Both the position numbers and the translations under genes were made by a program. The notes under the pieces are model-generated. The model searched no databases. It had not been told where the DNA came from and worked only from the letters and a program-made list of their open reading frames with translations. From positions 21,948,001 to 22,012,000 of the forward strand of contig OX597832.1 of the NCBI GenBank assembly GCA_951406725.2: a stretch of DNA of 64,000 nt. The letters are read 5' to 3'. The DNA is from Octopus vulgaris. Taxonomy: Eukaryota. The first letter of the stretch is position 1; the number at the start of each line of letters is the position of its first letter. Shown piece by piece: positions 1 to 12,582 of this stretch.

Positions 1-367
1 TGGCCTGTGGCCATGCTAGAGCACAGCCTCGAAAGATTTCAGTCAACTCTGGTGCTTTTACTAGGCAACTAGGAGCACATTCTCCAAGGTCTCCTTTCTA
101 GTTTCAAGATATTAGGAGCGGGTGTGTGGCAGGGGTGGGGTGGTAGGGGTGATTTGATGATAAACTGGCTTGCCATTTCTAAGGAAGTCAAGTAACCACA
201 TAGAGGTTATCTATCTGAGCCATAAGACACATGATTAGCTTGGAGGTGGTAGCAATCCATGAATGATGGAGATGACCTATAAACAAACTGTCTTTTCATA
301 GATTATTCTACAAGGATCTACCAAGGTTGACTTAGTCTTTCATCCTTTCGGGGTCAATAAATTAAGT

Positions 368-602
368 ACCTATTTCTTTACTACCCACAAGGGGCTAAAC
401 ACAGAGAAGACAAACAAGGACAGACAAATGGATTTAATCAATTATATCGACTCCAGTGCATAACTGGTACTTATTTAATCGACTCCGAAAGGATGAAAGG
501 CAAAGTCGACCTCAGCTGAATTTGAACTCAAAACCTAACGGCAGACGAAATATGGCTACACATTTCGCCCAGCGTGCTAACGATTATGCCAGCTCGCCGC
601 CT
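368..602 (-). mobile_element. tRNA-derived SINE family B, nested in an older family-B copy (about 320-695)
   Basis: Reverse complement of GGCGGCGAGCTGGCA...GAGTTCAAATTC (A/B box-like)...GCCTTTCATCCTTTCGG.GTCGAT...CCCCTTGTGGGTAGTAAAGAAATAGG. AAATTAAGTA is repeated on both sides (TSD). Confidence 0.85.
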
Positions 603-943
603 TAAATTAAGTAGCAGTGGTATACTGGGGTTGATCTAATCGACTGGGCTCCTACTGCCAAATTTTGGGCCCTGTGCCTAGAGTAGAAAAGAATATTTTA
701 CCAGGAGAAACTAATACAATTCAGATGACTGCACAAAGGCTCTCCCATTGCACCAATAAAAGAGATGAGGATGAGGGTAGTGATGGTGGCAATAATAATG
801 ATGATGATGATGCCAAAAGAGCCGGCGGTGAGAAACAAAGTTTGAAGATAAGAAGCAGAGCAAATCGATACTTTTTATCAGCAGAACTGGTCTATCTTTA
901 AGAAGTCTGCAGGGATATCTCGGTATCTTTCTGGCTTGTTTTG

Positions 944-974
<31 letters not shown>

Positions 975-1224
975 GAGAGAGCGAGAGAGAATGGGAGCAG
1001 TGGCTGCAAGCTTTACAGGTTGTAACCTTCAGGTGGTGAGGTGGAGGGTGGGGTGGGGTTAGACTGACCGATATGATTTTAAGACTGACCAGCCTTGATG
1101 TTAGAACAATGAAGACCAGAATCAATGAGGAAGCTTCTATGAGGTCAAAAGACCTTGCTAGATATAGCAGTACATTTCCATTTAGATCGCATGCTACTGA
1201 TTCAAAAAGGAAAGGATACTTCGG

Positions 1225-1724
1225 ACATGGCTGTGTGGTAAGACGTTCGCTTCCCGATTACTTGGTTCCGGGTTCAGTTCCACTGTGTGGAACCTTGGGC
1301 ACGTGTTTGCTATTATGACCTCAGGCGGATCAAATCCTCGTGAGTGGATTCGGTAAATGGAAACTGAAAGAAGCCTGTTGTATATGTGAGTGAGTGTGTT
1401 TGTCCCCCCCATCATTATTATCTTTGACTTGTTTCAGTCGTTTGACTGTGGCCATGCTGGAGCAGTTCCTTGTAGAATTGTGCTTGGATGAACTGATCCC
1501 ATTTCTCTTTTTCTTTTAAGAGCTAGGAATTTATCCTATTTGCCAAACTGCTAAGTTACAGTAACAAACACACCAACACTGGTTGTCAAGTGGCAGTGGC
1601 AGACATGGTTCCAGGTTCAATCCCACTGCGTGGCACCTTGGGCAACAGTTTTTCTACTATAGCATTGTGGCGACCAAAGCCTTGTAAGTGGATATGGTGG
1701 AAGGAAACTGAAAGAAGCCTATTG

Positions 1725-1759
<35 letters not shown>

Positions 1760-1945
1760 GTGTCCCCCACCATTGCTTGACAACCGATGTTGGTGTGTTT
1801 ATGTCTCCATAACTTAGTGGTTCAGCAAAAGAGACTGATGGAATAAGTACTAGGCTTACAAAGAATAAGTCCTGAGGTCGATTTGCTTGACTAAAAGGCA
1901 GTGCTGTAGCATTGCCACAGTCACATGACTGAAACAAGTAAAAGA
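1225..1945. mobile_element. Cluster of SINE family A pieces: + head (1225-1415), - tail (1420-1590), + near-full copy (1600-1945)
   Basis: Matches the intact family-A copies at 8038 and 11688 (GGCTGTGTGGTAAG...GGTTCAGTCCC...CCTTGGGCAAG...ACTGAAACAAGTAAAAG). Confidence 0.8.
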
Positions 1946-1977
<32 letters not shown>

Positions 1978-2494
1978 ATATATATATATATACAATGGGC
2001 TTCTTTCAGTTTCTCTTTACCAAATCCACTCACAAGACTTTGGTCAGCCTGAGGCTATGGTAGAAGACACAAAAATGTCTGCCCTTGTGGCAAAATTTGA
2101 AACCATTTATTATCATCATTAACATTATTATTAATAAAAAAAGAGCGTCTGATTAGAAGAACCATTAACACATTGGACAAACTGCCTAACGGGCAGACTT
2201 TCATGGAAACAAGTCACAATGGAGAGAACAAAAGAAAAAGAAAAAAAAAAACAACAACAATAAAACACAAAGAAATATAAAAAGAAAAGATTGTCTTTTC
2301 TCTTCTTTGGTCTTTTGGTCAAAAATATAAAGAAGTCATTGTGACAATAGGTAATCTCTGTCACCTTAATTAACAAATTCTGGAGAGGCTTTGAGTGAGT
2401 GTGTGCGTGTGTTTGTATGGTTTATATGTAGTTCTCCGTGAGTTTGTGCTTGAGCAGTTGGTGCATTTGTGTGTGTGTGTGTGTGGTGTGTAAT

Positions 2495-2659
2495 TTATAT
2501 TTATCTATCTATCTAGCTGTCTGTCTGTCTATCTATCTACCTATCTACCTCTATCTATCTATCTACATCTATCTATCTATCTTTCTATCTATCTACATCT
2601 ATCTATCTTTCTATCTACATCTATCTATCTATCTGCCTCTATCTATCTATCTATCTGCC

Positions 2660-2714
<55 letters not shown>

Positions 2715-2800
2715 CTCTATCTATCTATCTATCTATCTACATCTATCTATCCCTTTCTATCTACCTATCTATCTATCTACATCTATCTATCTATCTATAT
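2495..2800. repeat. (TCTA)n microsatellite
   Basis: Seen directly. Confidence 0.95.
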
Positions 2801-2939
2801 AGTACTGTGAGTGCTTGAATGGTTGGTGCATTTGTGAAAAGATATTTTTCACAGTAATCATTTTACACTTTACCATTTGCTGCATTAAAATCAGGAAGAT
2901 ACATGCACATGCACACCCTCAAATGCGAAACTGCACATC

Positions 2940-3029
2940 ACACACACATACATATATAGAAGGAAATGCACTCTGACATAGAGATAAGAGAAAACCCTCG
3001 TGCACACAGAATCAAAGATGCACATCACA

Positions 3030-3094
<65 letters not shown>

Positions 3095-3578
3095 CACACA
3101 CATGTAGGAGGAAATACACAAAGACATTCAGGAAGATGCATATATGTGTGTGTGTGTGGGGGGTGTAGGAGGAAACACACACATACACACGCACACTGAT
3201 ACAAGCATGCATGTCAAATATACTGATGTGCACATACATAAATAAGAGAAAACACACACTCATACACACGCATACATACATGCATACAAATGCGAACATG
3301 AATATCAAACATAATATATACATACGTAAGAGGAAATGCACACACACACACACACATGTACATAGGGAGAAGCACACACATGCAATCATGCATATTAACA
3401 CACTGATACACACACATATATAGGAGGAAGCATACACATGGAGAGATGCATGCATGCATTTGAACACACACATGCATGCACACATTCACACAGACATACA
3501 CAAGAGGAAACACACACACACACACACAAGTAAAGGTAACACACTCGTATATGCAAAAGGAAATACATATATGCACAG

Positions 3579-3621
<43 letters not shown>

Positions 3622-4073
3622 GACAGACAGGTATACAGAAGAACATGTACCTACACACATCAAAAGGCAGGCACACACACAAAAAAGACCACACATACAC
3701 AAACACACACACACTCACACTCAAAAGGCTACATAGCCCTACACACACACACACACACACTCACACTCAAAAGGCTACATAGCCCTACACACACACACAC
3801 ACACACACTCACACTCAAAAGGCTACATAGCCCTACACACACACACACACACACACTCACACTCAAAAGGCTACATAGCCCTACACACACACACACACAC
3901 ACACTCACATCAAAAGGCAGGCATACACACAAGCAAACACACACACACAAAAGACCACACACACACACACACACACACACTCAAAAGGCTACATAGCCCT
4001 AAACACACACACACACACAAACACACGTGCACACACATATGGATACACCCCCACACAGATTCACACCGAAAAG

Positions 4074-4121
<48 letters not shown>

Positions 4122-4140
4122 GACATACACACAGACAGAC
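2940..4140. repeat. (CA)n/(TA)n compound microsatellite containing a 48-bp tandem unit (CACTCACACTCAAAAGGCTACATAGCCCTA(CA)n) about 4-5 times at 3710-4000
   Basis: Seen directly; also shown by the repeated peptide LTLKRLHSPTHTHTH in ORF 3454..3996. Confidence 0.9.
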
Positions 4141-4334
4141 ATCACAGCTGCTGCCACTGCTACTACTGCTACTTCAGGTGCCGCTGCTGCTGCTGCCGGG
4201 GACACACTGTGGTGATGTAATTATCCATACACTACAGCAGAGTAGTATGGAATCACACGACTAGCAACTGTGGGAGACGTCTTTGGTACACATGCACCGA
4301 ACTACAGAGAACCTCATGAGGGTGTCGGCGTTGA

Positions 4335-5245
4335 CGTTTAGCCCTAGGCTCAGCCCCCAGGCTGACGGAGTAGTAAAAGAACGATAAATTGATATTCAAG
4401 CTATGACCATCCATCTATCCTGTTTTTCTTTTGTTTTTTTTTTTCCTTTTATCATTCCGTGCCCACCCCCGCACCCGCACCAGGAATTGTATAGCCTGGA
4501 GTACATCATCAAATGTGACAGTAGAATGTAGTTAGAGAAAACGTGGCTGGTATTTCTTGCAGGTCGAGCGACCACATAGAGGCTTCTTCCTAGCTCTTGG
4601 CTTCTAACAACCAGTCATTGTTGTTCAACTACATTATTCAATCTGATGGTAGAAAGTAGTTAGAGAGGACCTGGCTGCTATTTCTAGCATTTTCAGCGAT
4701 CACGCAGATGTATTTTATCTCATGCATTTTTACTGCTGCCATTGTCACTGCTTAAGCACCATAAGCTGGACTTCATTATCCAATCTTAGTGAGATTTTAG
4801 AGAGGACTTGACTGCTATTGCTAGCATGTAGAATGACCACACAGAGGCTTTCTCTCTCTTAGCTTGTTACCGTTGCCATGTTTTTAGCACCATATGCTGG
4901 ACTTCATTATCCAATGTCCTGGTAGAGTGTTCTTAGAGAAGTCTTAGCTGCTATTTCTAGCATGACAAGCAACCATGTAGAAGCTGTCTCTCTCTCTCTC
5001 TCTCTCTCTCTGTTAGTTACTTTCACTGTTTAGCTCCAGGTCAATCTTGATGGAACAGACTACCGGCCAGTGGCCTTCCAGTTACGACCACCCCACCTTT
5101 CGCTCCGATGCATGCAGGGATCCCTAAGCGGGCAACATTATCCAACAACGTCCATCACTAAGAGAGCGGGATGTGTGGTGTGAGGAAGGCAGAGGATGGA
5201 GAAATCTTTATTTGACTGCTATTTCTAGCCATGCAAAGGCTCCCG
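4335..5245 (+). repeat. Diverged interspersed repeat 'family F' (…TTATCCAA…TAGAGAGGA.CTGGCTGCTATTTCTAGCA…GACCAC.TAGAGGC), about 5 local copies
   Basis: Motif recurs near 4540, 4670, 4810, 4945 and 5215, and elsewhere in the window (about 170, 7480 rc, 30330 rc, 33390, 45710 rc). Confidence 0.65.
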
Positions 5246-5400
5246 TTGCTGACACGCTGCTGTTCTTGTTGGGAAACTCTACATTGAGGCATTTCACACT
5301 ACACTACAGTACAAACATATATGACATCATACAAACAACAGACTTGCTGTGCTCGGGAACGCAATAGGTACACATGTACTGAAGTGATACATATATATAT

Positions 5401-5620
5401 CATCATCATCATCATCATCATCGTTTAACGTCCGTTTTCCGCGCTAGCACGGGTTGGACGGTTCGACCGGGGTCTGGGAAGCCAGGGGCCGCTCCAGGCT
5501 CCAGTCTGATTCTGGCAGAGTTTCTACGGCTGGATGCCCTTCCTAACGCCAACCACTCCGTGAGTGGATTGGGTGCTTTTTACGTGCCACCTGCACAGGG
5601 GCCGGGGGGTCCGGCATCGG
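5401..5620 (-). mobile_element. RTE-LINE 3' UTR fragment (family C) with (GAT)n tail
   Basis: Reverse complement of GGCACGTAAAAAGCACCC...GGCGTTAGGAAGGGCATCCAGC...GGACGTTAAACGATGATGATG. Confidence 0.85.
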
Positions 5621-5625
5621 TCACG

Positions 5626-5761
5626 ATATATATATATATATATCTTTATTTATTTTGTGTGTGTGTGTGTATGTATGGATATATATATATAAATATATAT
5701 GTATGTGTGTGTGTGTGCGTGTGTGTGTGTATGTATGTATATGCATATGTATATATATATA

Positions 5762-5796
<35 letters not shown>

Positions 5797-5968
5797 GTGT
5801 ATATATATATATGCATATATACATATATATATATATATATGCATATATATGTATATATATGTGCGTGTATGTATGTATATGTGTGTACATGTATACATAA
5901 TGTTTATATGTATATATATATATATATATATGTATATTTAATGTGCATATGTATATATATGTGTGTAT
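5626..5968. repeat. (TA)n/(TG)n microsatellite
   Basis: Seen directly. Confidence 0.95.
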
Positions 5969-5977
5969 AATGTTCTA

Positions 5978-6420
5978 CCTTTCACTTGTTTCAAGTCATT
6001 GGATTGTTGCCATGCTGGAGCAAGGCAATGAAGGGTTTTAAGGCAAACAAATTAACTCCAGGACTTAGGACTTTTTTAAGCCTGGTGCTTTTCTATCAGT
6101 TCTTTTGCTGAACTGCTAAGTTTGGGGGCGGGGACATAAACAAACTAACACTGGTTGTCAAGTGCTGGTGGTGGTGGACAAACACACCCACATGGATATA
6201 TATATATATATATATATATATGTATACACACATATCCAAGTATACACAGATAAATACACATACACACACAATGGGCTTCTGTCAGTTTCCATATCCTAAA
6301 TCCACTCAAGGTTTTGGTCAGCCAGAGGCTTAAGGAAACGCTTGCCCAAGATGCTGCACAGTAGGCATGAACCTGGAACCATGTGATTCAGAAGCAAACG
6401 TGTTACCACACAGCCATGCC
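5978..6420 (-). mobile_element. SINE family A, diverged full-length copy
   Basis: Reverse complement of the family-A head and tail, with the internal microsatellite. Confidence 0.75.
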
Positions 6421-6647
6421 CTCATGAATTTGCATGTTATCTGTAACATCATTCTAACATCCACTTTTCCATGCTGGCATGGGTCAGATGGAATTTCAGC
6501 AGATTTCCGACAGCTGGATCCTCTACTTGTCACCAACCCTCTCTTGCTTCCAAGCTAAGTAATATTTACCCAATGCCTAGACAGGTTTCCACAGAAGACT
6601 GGGAAGAACATTATCCTTTTAGCATCTAAATTGGTCATGATCTTTGA

Positions 6648-6825
6648 ACAGTGGGCCCCACGGAGGCAATGACAAGTGACCGAGACCTTTGGCGATATGC
6701 CATTTCTTGAGAAGAACCTTGAAGCCAAGTGAAATCATAGTCAAGGCCAATGTCGGTGTCACGTAACTGGCATCTATGCTGGTGGCACATAAAAAGCACC
6801 CTTCAAATGATGGGCCCTATGGAGT
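6648..6825 (+). mobile_element. RTE-LINE ORF end plus start of 3' UTR
   Basis: GAGGCAATGACAAGTGACCGAGACCTTTGGCGATATGCC translates EAMTSDRDLWRYA, followed by a GGTGGCACATAAAAAGCACC unit. Confidence 0.7.
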
Positions 6826-6844
6826 TTCCTATCATTAAGGCACA

Positions 6845-7404
6845 TTATTACCTCTGCCTTAGCGAAGACAGAGGTATTGTTTTCAGTTGTGTTTGTTTGT
6901 CTGTGGACAAGATATCTCAAGAACCACAGGATGGATTCGGATGAAACTTTCAGGGGTGTTTGGCCTTGTGACTGGCACTAACTGATTAGATTTTGGGATT
7001 GATCCAATACCGGACCAGGATTCTGGATTGTTTTTTCAGTTTTTTTACTTAATTTTTTAGAGTGGGCGGGTTCGTCGAAATGCGTAGCCATATTTTGTCT
7101 GCCGTTACGTTCTGAGTTCAAATTTCACCGAGGTCAACTTTACCTTTCATCCTTTCGGGATCGATTAAAATAAGTACCAGTTACACACTGGGGTTGATGT
7201 AATCGACTTAATCCGTTTGTCTGTCTTTGTTTGTCCCCTCTATGTTTAGCCTCTTGTGGGTAGTAAAGAAATATATTATTTTTGTTTGTGAGAGCAGTCA
7301 AGATTATTTCAGATATTCTCATTTTAAAAATCCTCTCCGGCTAATTGCTGAAAAGACATTGGTGTGGCCTTGGTGGAGGTTTGCACTCTCAGAGTGCTCT
7401 TGTT
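6845..7404 (+). mobile_element. Non-autonomous Helentron/Helitron-type element (HINE/DINE-1-like) with a family-B SINE fragment inserted at about 7076-7270
   Basis: 5' TTATTACCTCTGCC…CAGAGGTA hairpin, GTTT/GTCT tract, 3' sub-terminal inverse GGTGGAGGT, terminal hairpin GCACTCTCAGAGTGC, ends CTTGTT. Confidence 0.65.
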
Positions 7405-7809
7405 AATTATATAACCAAGCTAAAACGCATACATACACATGTCAATAAGGAATCACCTACAGAGTTGCTTGACCAGTTAGAAATAGCAACTAAATGTCCT
7501 ACATAAATGTCTGACATTGTCGTATCAATGAAAAGAAGAACACATTTGGAAATGCAGCCATAAATACATTATATCCCGATAAGGAAATAAAACAAGAAAT
7601 GAAAAAAAAACCTCCATAGCTATTGTTGTAAGCTTCTTTGAACATTCAAGCGATGGTAATTGATAATTCTGACTTTGTAATGCACCAGAGATCAAGCAAA
7701 AAAATATTTACTGGTGTCCTCTGTGTGGGAAGTTACACAAAACTAGGTTTTTAAAGCGACAGGTTTTGTCAACATTTACTGTCGTTTTCTATGCCGGCAT
7801 GGGTCAGAG

Positions 7810-8558
7810 CATTGGTTCTCAGCCACGGCCCATATAAGATTTTCGGGGATCCACACAACGAAATAGTACATTGGGGACCCCCAATAGCATTTTAAGGGCT
7901 CCTGAAAAAAATTTTGCTTTAGATATATGTATTCATAAGTATTACGAGAAACAGGTAGGTTTCTTCCTTTAACATTTTATCTAGTTTGACCCACACAAAT
8001 TGATGTGTGAAAAACAAAATAGAATTTTGAAAGAACATAGGCGTAGGAGTGGCTGTGTGATAAGTGGCTTGCTTACCAGCCACATGGTTCTGGGTTCAGT
8101 CCCACTGTGTGGCACCTTGGGCAAGTGTCTTCTACTATAGCCTCAGGCCGACCAAAGCCTTGTGAATGGATTTGGTAAACGAAAACTGAAAGAAGCATGT
8201 CGTATATATGTATATATATATGCATGTGTGTGTATATGTTTGTGTATCTGTGTTTGTCCTCCCAACATCACTTGACAACCGATGGTGGTGTGTTTATATC
8301 CCCATAACTTAGCGGTTCGGCAAAAGAGACTAATAGAATAAGTACTAGGCTTACAAAGAATAAGTCCTGGGGTCGATTTGCTCGACTAAAGGCGGTGCTC
8401 CAGCATGGCCACAGTCAAATGACTGAAACAAGTAAAAGAGTAAAAGAGAGAAGTTTCTATAAAACTAGTTTTTAAACATCGAATAGCTATAGAGGTCTAC
8501 CAGAATAAAATAGTAATCAAAGGGGGTCATGGGTAAAAAAGTGGTTGAGAACCCCCTG
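7810..8558. mobile_element. hAT (Charlie-like) MITE interrupted by SINE A
   Basis: Imperfect TIRs CATTGGTTCTCAGCC (7810) and GGTTGAGAACCCCCTG (8543-8558), similar to CAGTGGTTCTCAACC-type hAT ends. Confidence 0.65.
8038..8450 (+). mobile_element. SINE family A, full length (tRNA-like head, CORE-like segment, internal (TA)/(TG) microsatellite, (AGTAAAAG)n tail)
   Basis: TAGGCGTAGGAGTGGCTGTGTG (A box-like), GGTTCAGTCCC (B box-like), CCTTGGGCAAGTGTCTT, tail AAGTAAAAGAGTAAAAGAG. Confidence 0.9.
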
Positions 8559-8880
8559 GGTTTGATGACTTGACTGGAATTGCTAAGCTGGAAAGCTGCA
8601 CCAGGCTCCAGTCTGGTTTGGCTTGGTTGCTACGGCTGGATGCTCTTCCTAACGCCAACCACCACAAGGGTGTAGTAGGTGCTTTTTACATGTCACTGGC
8701 ATTGGCCATGATGATTTCACTTGGTCTGATGTGTCTTCTCAAGCACAGCAAATTGCCAAAGGTCTTGATCTTGTCATCACCTTCACGCCTCCATCAGGCT
8801 CGACATCTGAAGATCTTGCTTCGCCACTACATCCCATGTCTTTCTAGGTCTACCTCTTCCACAGGTTCCCTCCATAGTTA
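8559..8880 (-). pseudogene. RTE-clade LINE ORF C-terminus plus 3' UTR (continues at 7770-7809 beyond the hAT MITE)
   Basis: Minus-strand translation LTMEGTCGRGRPRKTWDVVAKQDLQM…DQDLWQFAVLEKT has the GRGRP..TW motif typical of RTE ORF ends and runs into the family-C UTR. Confidence 0.8.
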
Positions 8881-9004
8881 GCAAAGTGGCAACATATATA
8901 AGAAGAGAATTCTTTATTCACCAACCATATTTGTGTATGACAAAATTATGAAGAATACATTTGGAAAAGATGGTTAAAGCATTGGTGATCGAAGTGCCAA
9001 CACT

Positions 9005-9240
9005 TAAAGTGGTAGTGGCACCAATAATTGTCGGGGCCCTGGGAACAGTGAGTAAAAAGTCTTTGGAAGTACATGGAACAAATAGGGGCTGCAATAAGGG
9101 TGGAGTACTTGCAGTAAATAGCACTGCTTGGAATCACTCGAATATTCCGGAAGGTGCTCGAAAAACAAGAGGTGTTACCTTAGTTCACTGGTAGTGAACA
9201 GCTGACACCACGGTACATCTCCAGTGTTAGAAGCAAAGAA
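9005..9240 (+). pseudogene. R4/Dong-type (restriction-like endonuclease) non-LTR retrotransposon 3' fragment ending in (AAT)n
   Basis: KVVVAPIIVGALGTVSK / frameshift / SLWKYMEQIGAAIRVEYLQ*IALLGITRIFRKVLEK resembles the PIIVGALG…LQK.ALLGTARILRKVL C-terminus of RLE elements. An (AAT)n tract follows at 9241-9275. Confidence 0.75.
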
Positions 9241-10599
9241 AATAATAATAATAATAATAATAATATTAATAACAATGATTCTTTCTACCATAGGAACAAG
9301 GCCAGCAGTTTTAGGGGACCAGTTAAGTTGAATATCATCAACTCCAATATTTGATTGGTGCTTATTTTATTGACCCTGGAAGGGTGAAAGATGAAGTCAA
9401 CCTCAGCAGAATTTGAACTGAGAACGTAAAGGTAATAACAATAATGATGATGATGATGATGATTATGATGATTCTAGTATGTATTTCATGTAGGAGGAGA
9501 ATAAAAAAAAAAAAAATGAAACGAGAACACTTGAAGAATTCCATCATGTTCAGAAATGTGAAACTTGATAGTTCCAGCATCTGCAATGCATAACAGTGGT
9601 TCCTCCTACCTTGCGGAGAATCGGTTTCTGCTGATTAAATGGTAAAGTAGACAGATAAATTACAACACTTACAGAACAGTGAGATATTCAGCTGAGAAAT
9701 TTAGCTCCAAAAACTTCACCCTCCCCCCCACGACGACCACCACCGACAACCATGTGAGCCACTAAACGACAGTTGCTCGACTGTTTTTTGTCTTTGATAA
9801 AAATAGCATCCAAGTGCCCCTCAAGTCACACCCTTATCAGCTGGGGGTTCAACCTACTGTGTAGCACCCTGTACAAGTGTGTTCTACAATGCCTGTGGGA
9901 TGACTGAAGCCTTGTGGGTGAGTTTGGTAGACAGAAAACTGAAACTGAAAGAAGTCTGCCATATGTATGATTTTTCATTGAGTTTTATCTAAGTTTTTCA
10001 TAAGCGAACTTAGGTGTAGGAGTGGCTGTGTGGTAAGTAGCTTGCTTACCAACCACATGGTTCCGGGTTCAGACCCACTGCGTAGCACCTTGAGCAAGTA
10101 TCTTCTACTCGGGCCGACCAAAGCCTTGTGAGTGAACCCGGAACCATGTGGTAACAAAAAAAAAAAGAAAAAAAAGAAAAAACAGTTGCCCAAAGTTTCG
10201 CACAGTGGGGTTGAGCCCCAAACTACACGGGTCTGAAAGCAAACTTCTTAACCACACATCTAACAACATGCCTTTTCGAATGATACAACTTTCTAATATC
10301 CTATTGGTGTTTCTCTGATGACTAATCGACCAATCAGAGAAAAGAATGACTTTAAGGAAATATTTTCCAAACCGGCTGCATCTGACAATCCTATTAACAA
10401 CAAAGAAATCGGTCGCAGTGGAAGGACATTAAACAGTGGAATATTTCTTCAGATTGTGTAATCACAGACTGCTTATCTTGACCGTTTCCATACTTTAAAG
10501 AGAATATCGGATTATATGGCAACTAACTAGCTTATCGAATTACATCACAGATATATCTAAAAATAGATTTATTATGGTAATTTAGCAGACATATTCCTC

Positions 10600-11375
10600 A
10601 ATGTGTGCATATGTGTGTGTGTGTGTGTATGTGTTCATGTGTGAGTGTGTGTCCATGTGCATGTATATGCAGGTATGTGTGTGCATATGGGTATGTGTGA
10701 ATGTCTGTGTATGTGAGTGTGTGTGTTCATCTGCAATTGTGTGTTCCTGTGCGAGTGCGTGTGCATGTGTGTGAATGTTTCAGTACAAGTGTGTATGTGT
10801 GGGTGTGTGTATGTCACTGTTGTGTATGTGCAAGTGTGTGTGTGTGTAGGTATGTATGTGTGTATGGGTATGTGTGAGTGCGTGTGTGTATGTGTTCATG
10901 TGCGAGTGTGTGTCCATGTGCATGTGTATGAATGTGTCTGTACAAGTGTGAGTGTGTGTGTGCATGTGACTGTTGTGTATGTGCGAGTGTATGCAGGTAT
11001 GTGTGTGTGTGAGTGTGTGTATATGAGTGTATGTGTGTTCATGTGCATGTGTATGAATGTGTCTACAAGTGTGTGTGTGTGTATGTGCAAGTGTGTGCAG
11101 GTATGAATGTGCGTATGGGTATGTGTGAGTGTGTGTGCATGTGTGAGAGGGTGTATGTGTGTGCGTGCGTGCGAATGTACATGTGCATATGTGTGTCTGT
11201 GTGCATGTGTGTGTGCATGTGTGAGAGAGTTGCGTATGAGCAAGTGTGTGCATGTGAGTGTGTGAATGTGTGAGTGCATGCATGAGTGTGCATACATGTG
11301 TATGTGTGTGAACATGTACATGTGAGTGTGTCTGTGTGTGTGAGTGTGTGCACACGTACATGTGGGCGTGTGTAG
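10600..11375. repeat. Degenerate (TG)n microsatellite
   Basis: Seen directly. Confidence 0.95.
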
Positions 11376-11687
11376 GTTAATGGAATGGCAGAACTGAATG
11401 ATAAATGCCTAACAGTATTCAGTTAAGCCCATTCCGCTCAGCGTTTCAATTGCACTGTCCGTCCTTCAAGGGTCATTTTGGCCATCATCATTACCACCAT
11501 CATTTTAATGTCCGCTTTCCCATCCTTTGCATGGGTGAGATGGAATTTACAGTGGCAAATTTCCTACAATTGGATACCCTTCCTGTCGCTAATTGTCACC
11601 TGTTGACGCTAATTGATGGTGATGATGATGATTACTCAATCAAATGTAATTCTTATTTACGCTCATTGTTTCTAATTATTCATGTAC

Positions 11688-11848
11688 TAGGCGCAGGAGT
11701 GGCTGTGTGGTAAGTAGCTTGCTTACCAACCACATGGTTCCAGGTTCAGTCCCACTGCGTGGCACCTTGGGCAAATGTCTTCTACTATAGCCTCAGGCCG
11801 CCCAAAGCCTTGTGAGTGGATTTGGTAGACAGAAACTGAAAGAAGCCC

Positions 11849-11933
<85 letters not shown>

Positions 11934-12190
11934 TATATATATACATATATATATATGTGTGTGTGTGTGTGTGCGTGTATGTTTGTGTTTGTCCCCCTAG
12001 CATTGCTTGACAACCGATGCTGGTGTGTTTATGTTCCCGTCACTTAGCGGTTCGGCAAAAGAGACCGATAGAATAAGTACTGGGCTTACAAAGAATAAGT
12101 CCCGGGGTCGAGTTGCTCGATTAAAGGCGGTGCTCCAGCATGGCTGCAGTCAAATGACTGAAACAAGTAAAAGAGTAAAAGAGTAAAGAG
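11688..12190 (+). mobile_element. SINE family A, full length, with an expanded internal (TA)n
   Basis: Near-identical to the copies at 14625, 27219 and 47331. Confidence 0.92.
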
Positions 12191-12582
12191 TATTTGATAG
12201 CTTCAAGACTTCAACACCATCATCAGCATCATTTGACATCTGCTTACTATGCTGGCATGTGTTAGATGGCTAGACAGGAACTGGTGAGCAGCACCAGGCT
12301 CTTCCATCTGTTTTGGCTTGGGTTCAACAGCTGAAAGCCTTTCCTAATGCCAACCACTCTAAGAGTGAACTGTGTGCCTTTTACAGGTCACTGACACAGG
12401 GGTGATTGTTTATTTTTAGAGCGGCAGTGTAAGGTAAGTGTGAGAAGCCAGATCTAGCCAGACTGAATATAAAACAGTTAAGAATTCTTGGGCTTAACAG
12501 GGCTGACCTAAATACTGAGGGGTTAAATATGACTTTCTTCAATAAATTTGGTTTCACCTGGGTTGCAATTTAAAGTGTCGAA

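Noticed and set aside
4213-4257. Pre-miRNA-like hairpin (TCCATACACTAC…GTAGTATGGA)
   Set aside because: Only about 10 bp plus a large bulge; too weak.
10311-10341. Hammerhead candidate CTGATGA…GAAA
   Set aside because: No stem II or stem I; it is a simple TTCTCTGAT/ATCAGAGAA inverted repeat. The CTGATGA hits near 14580, 18910 and 23868 likewise lack the flanking stems.
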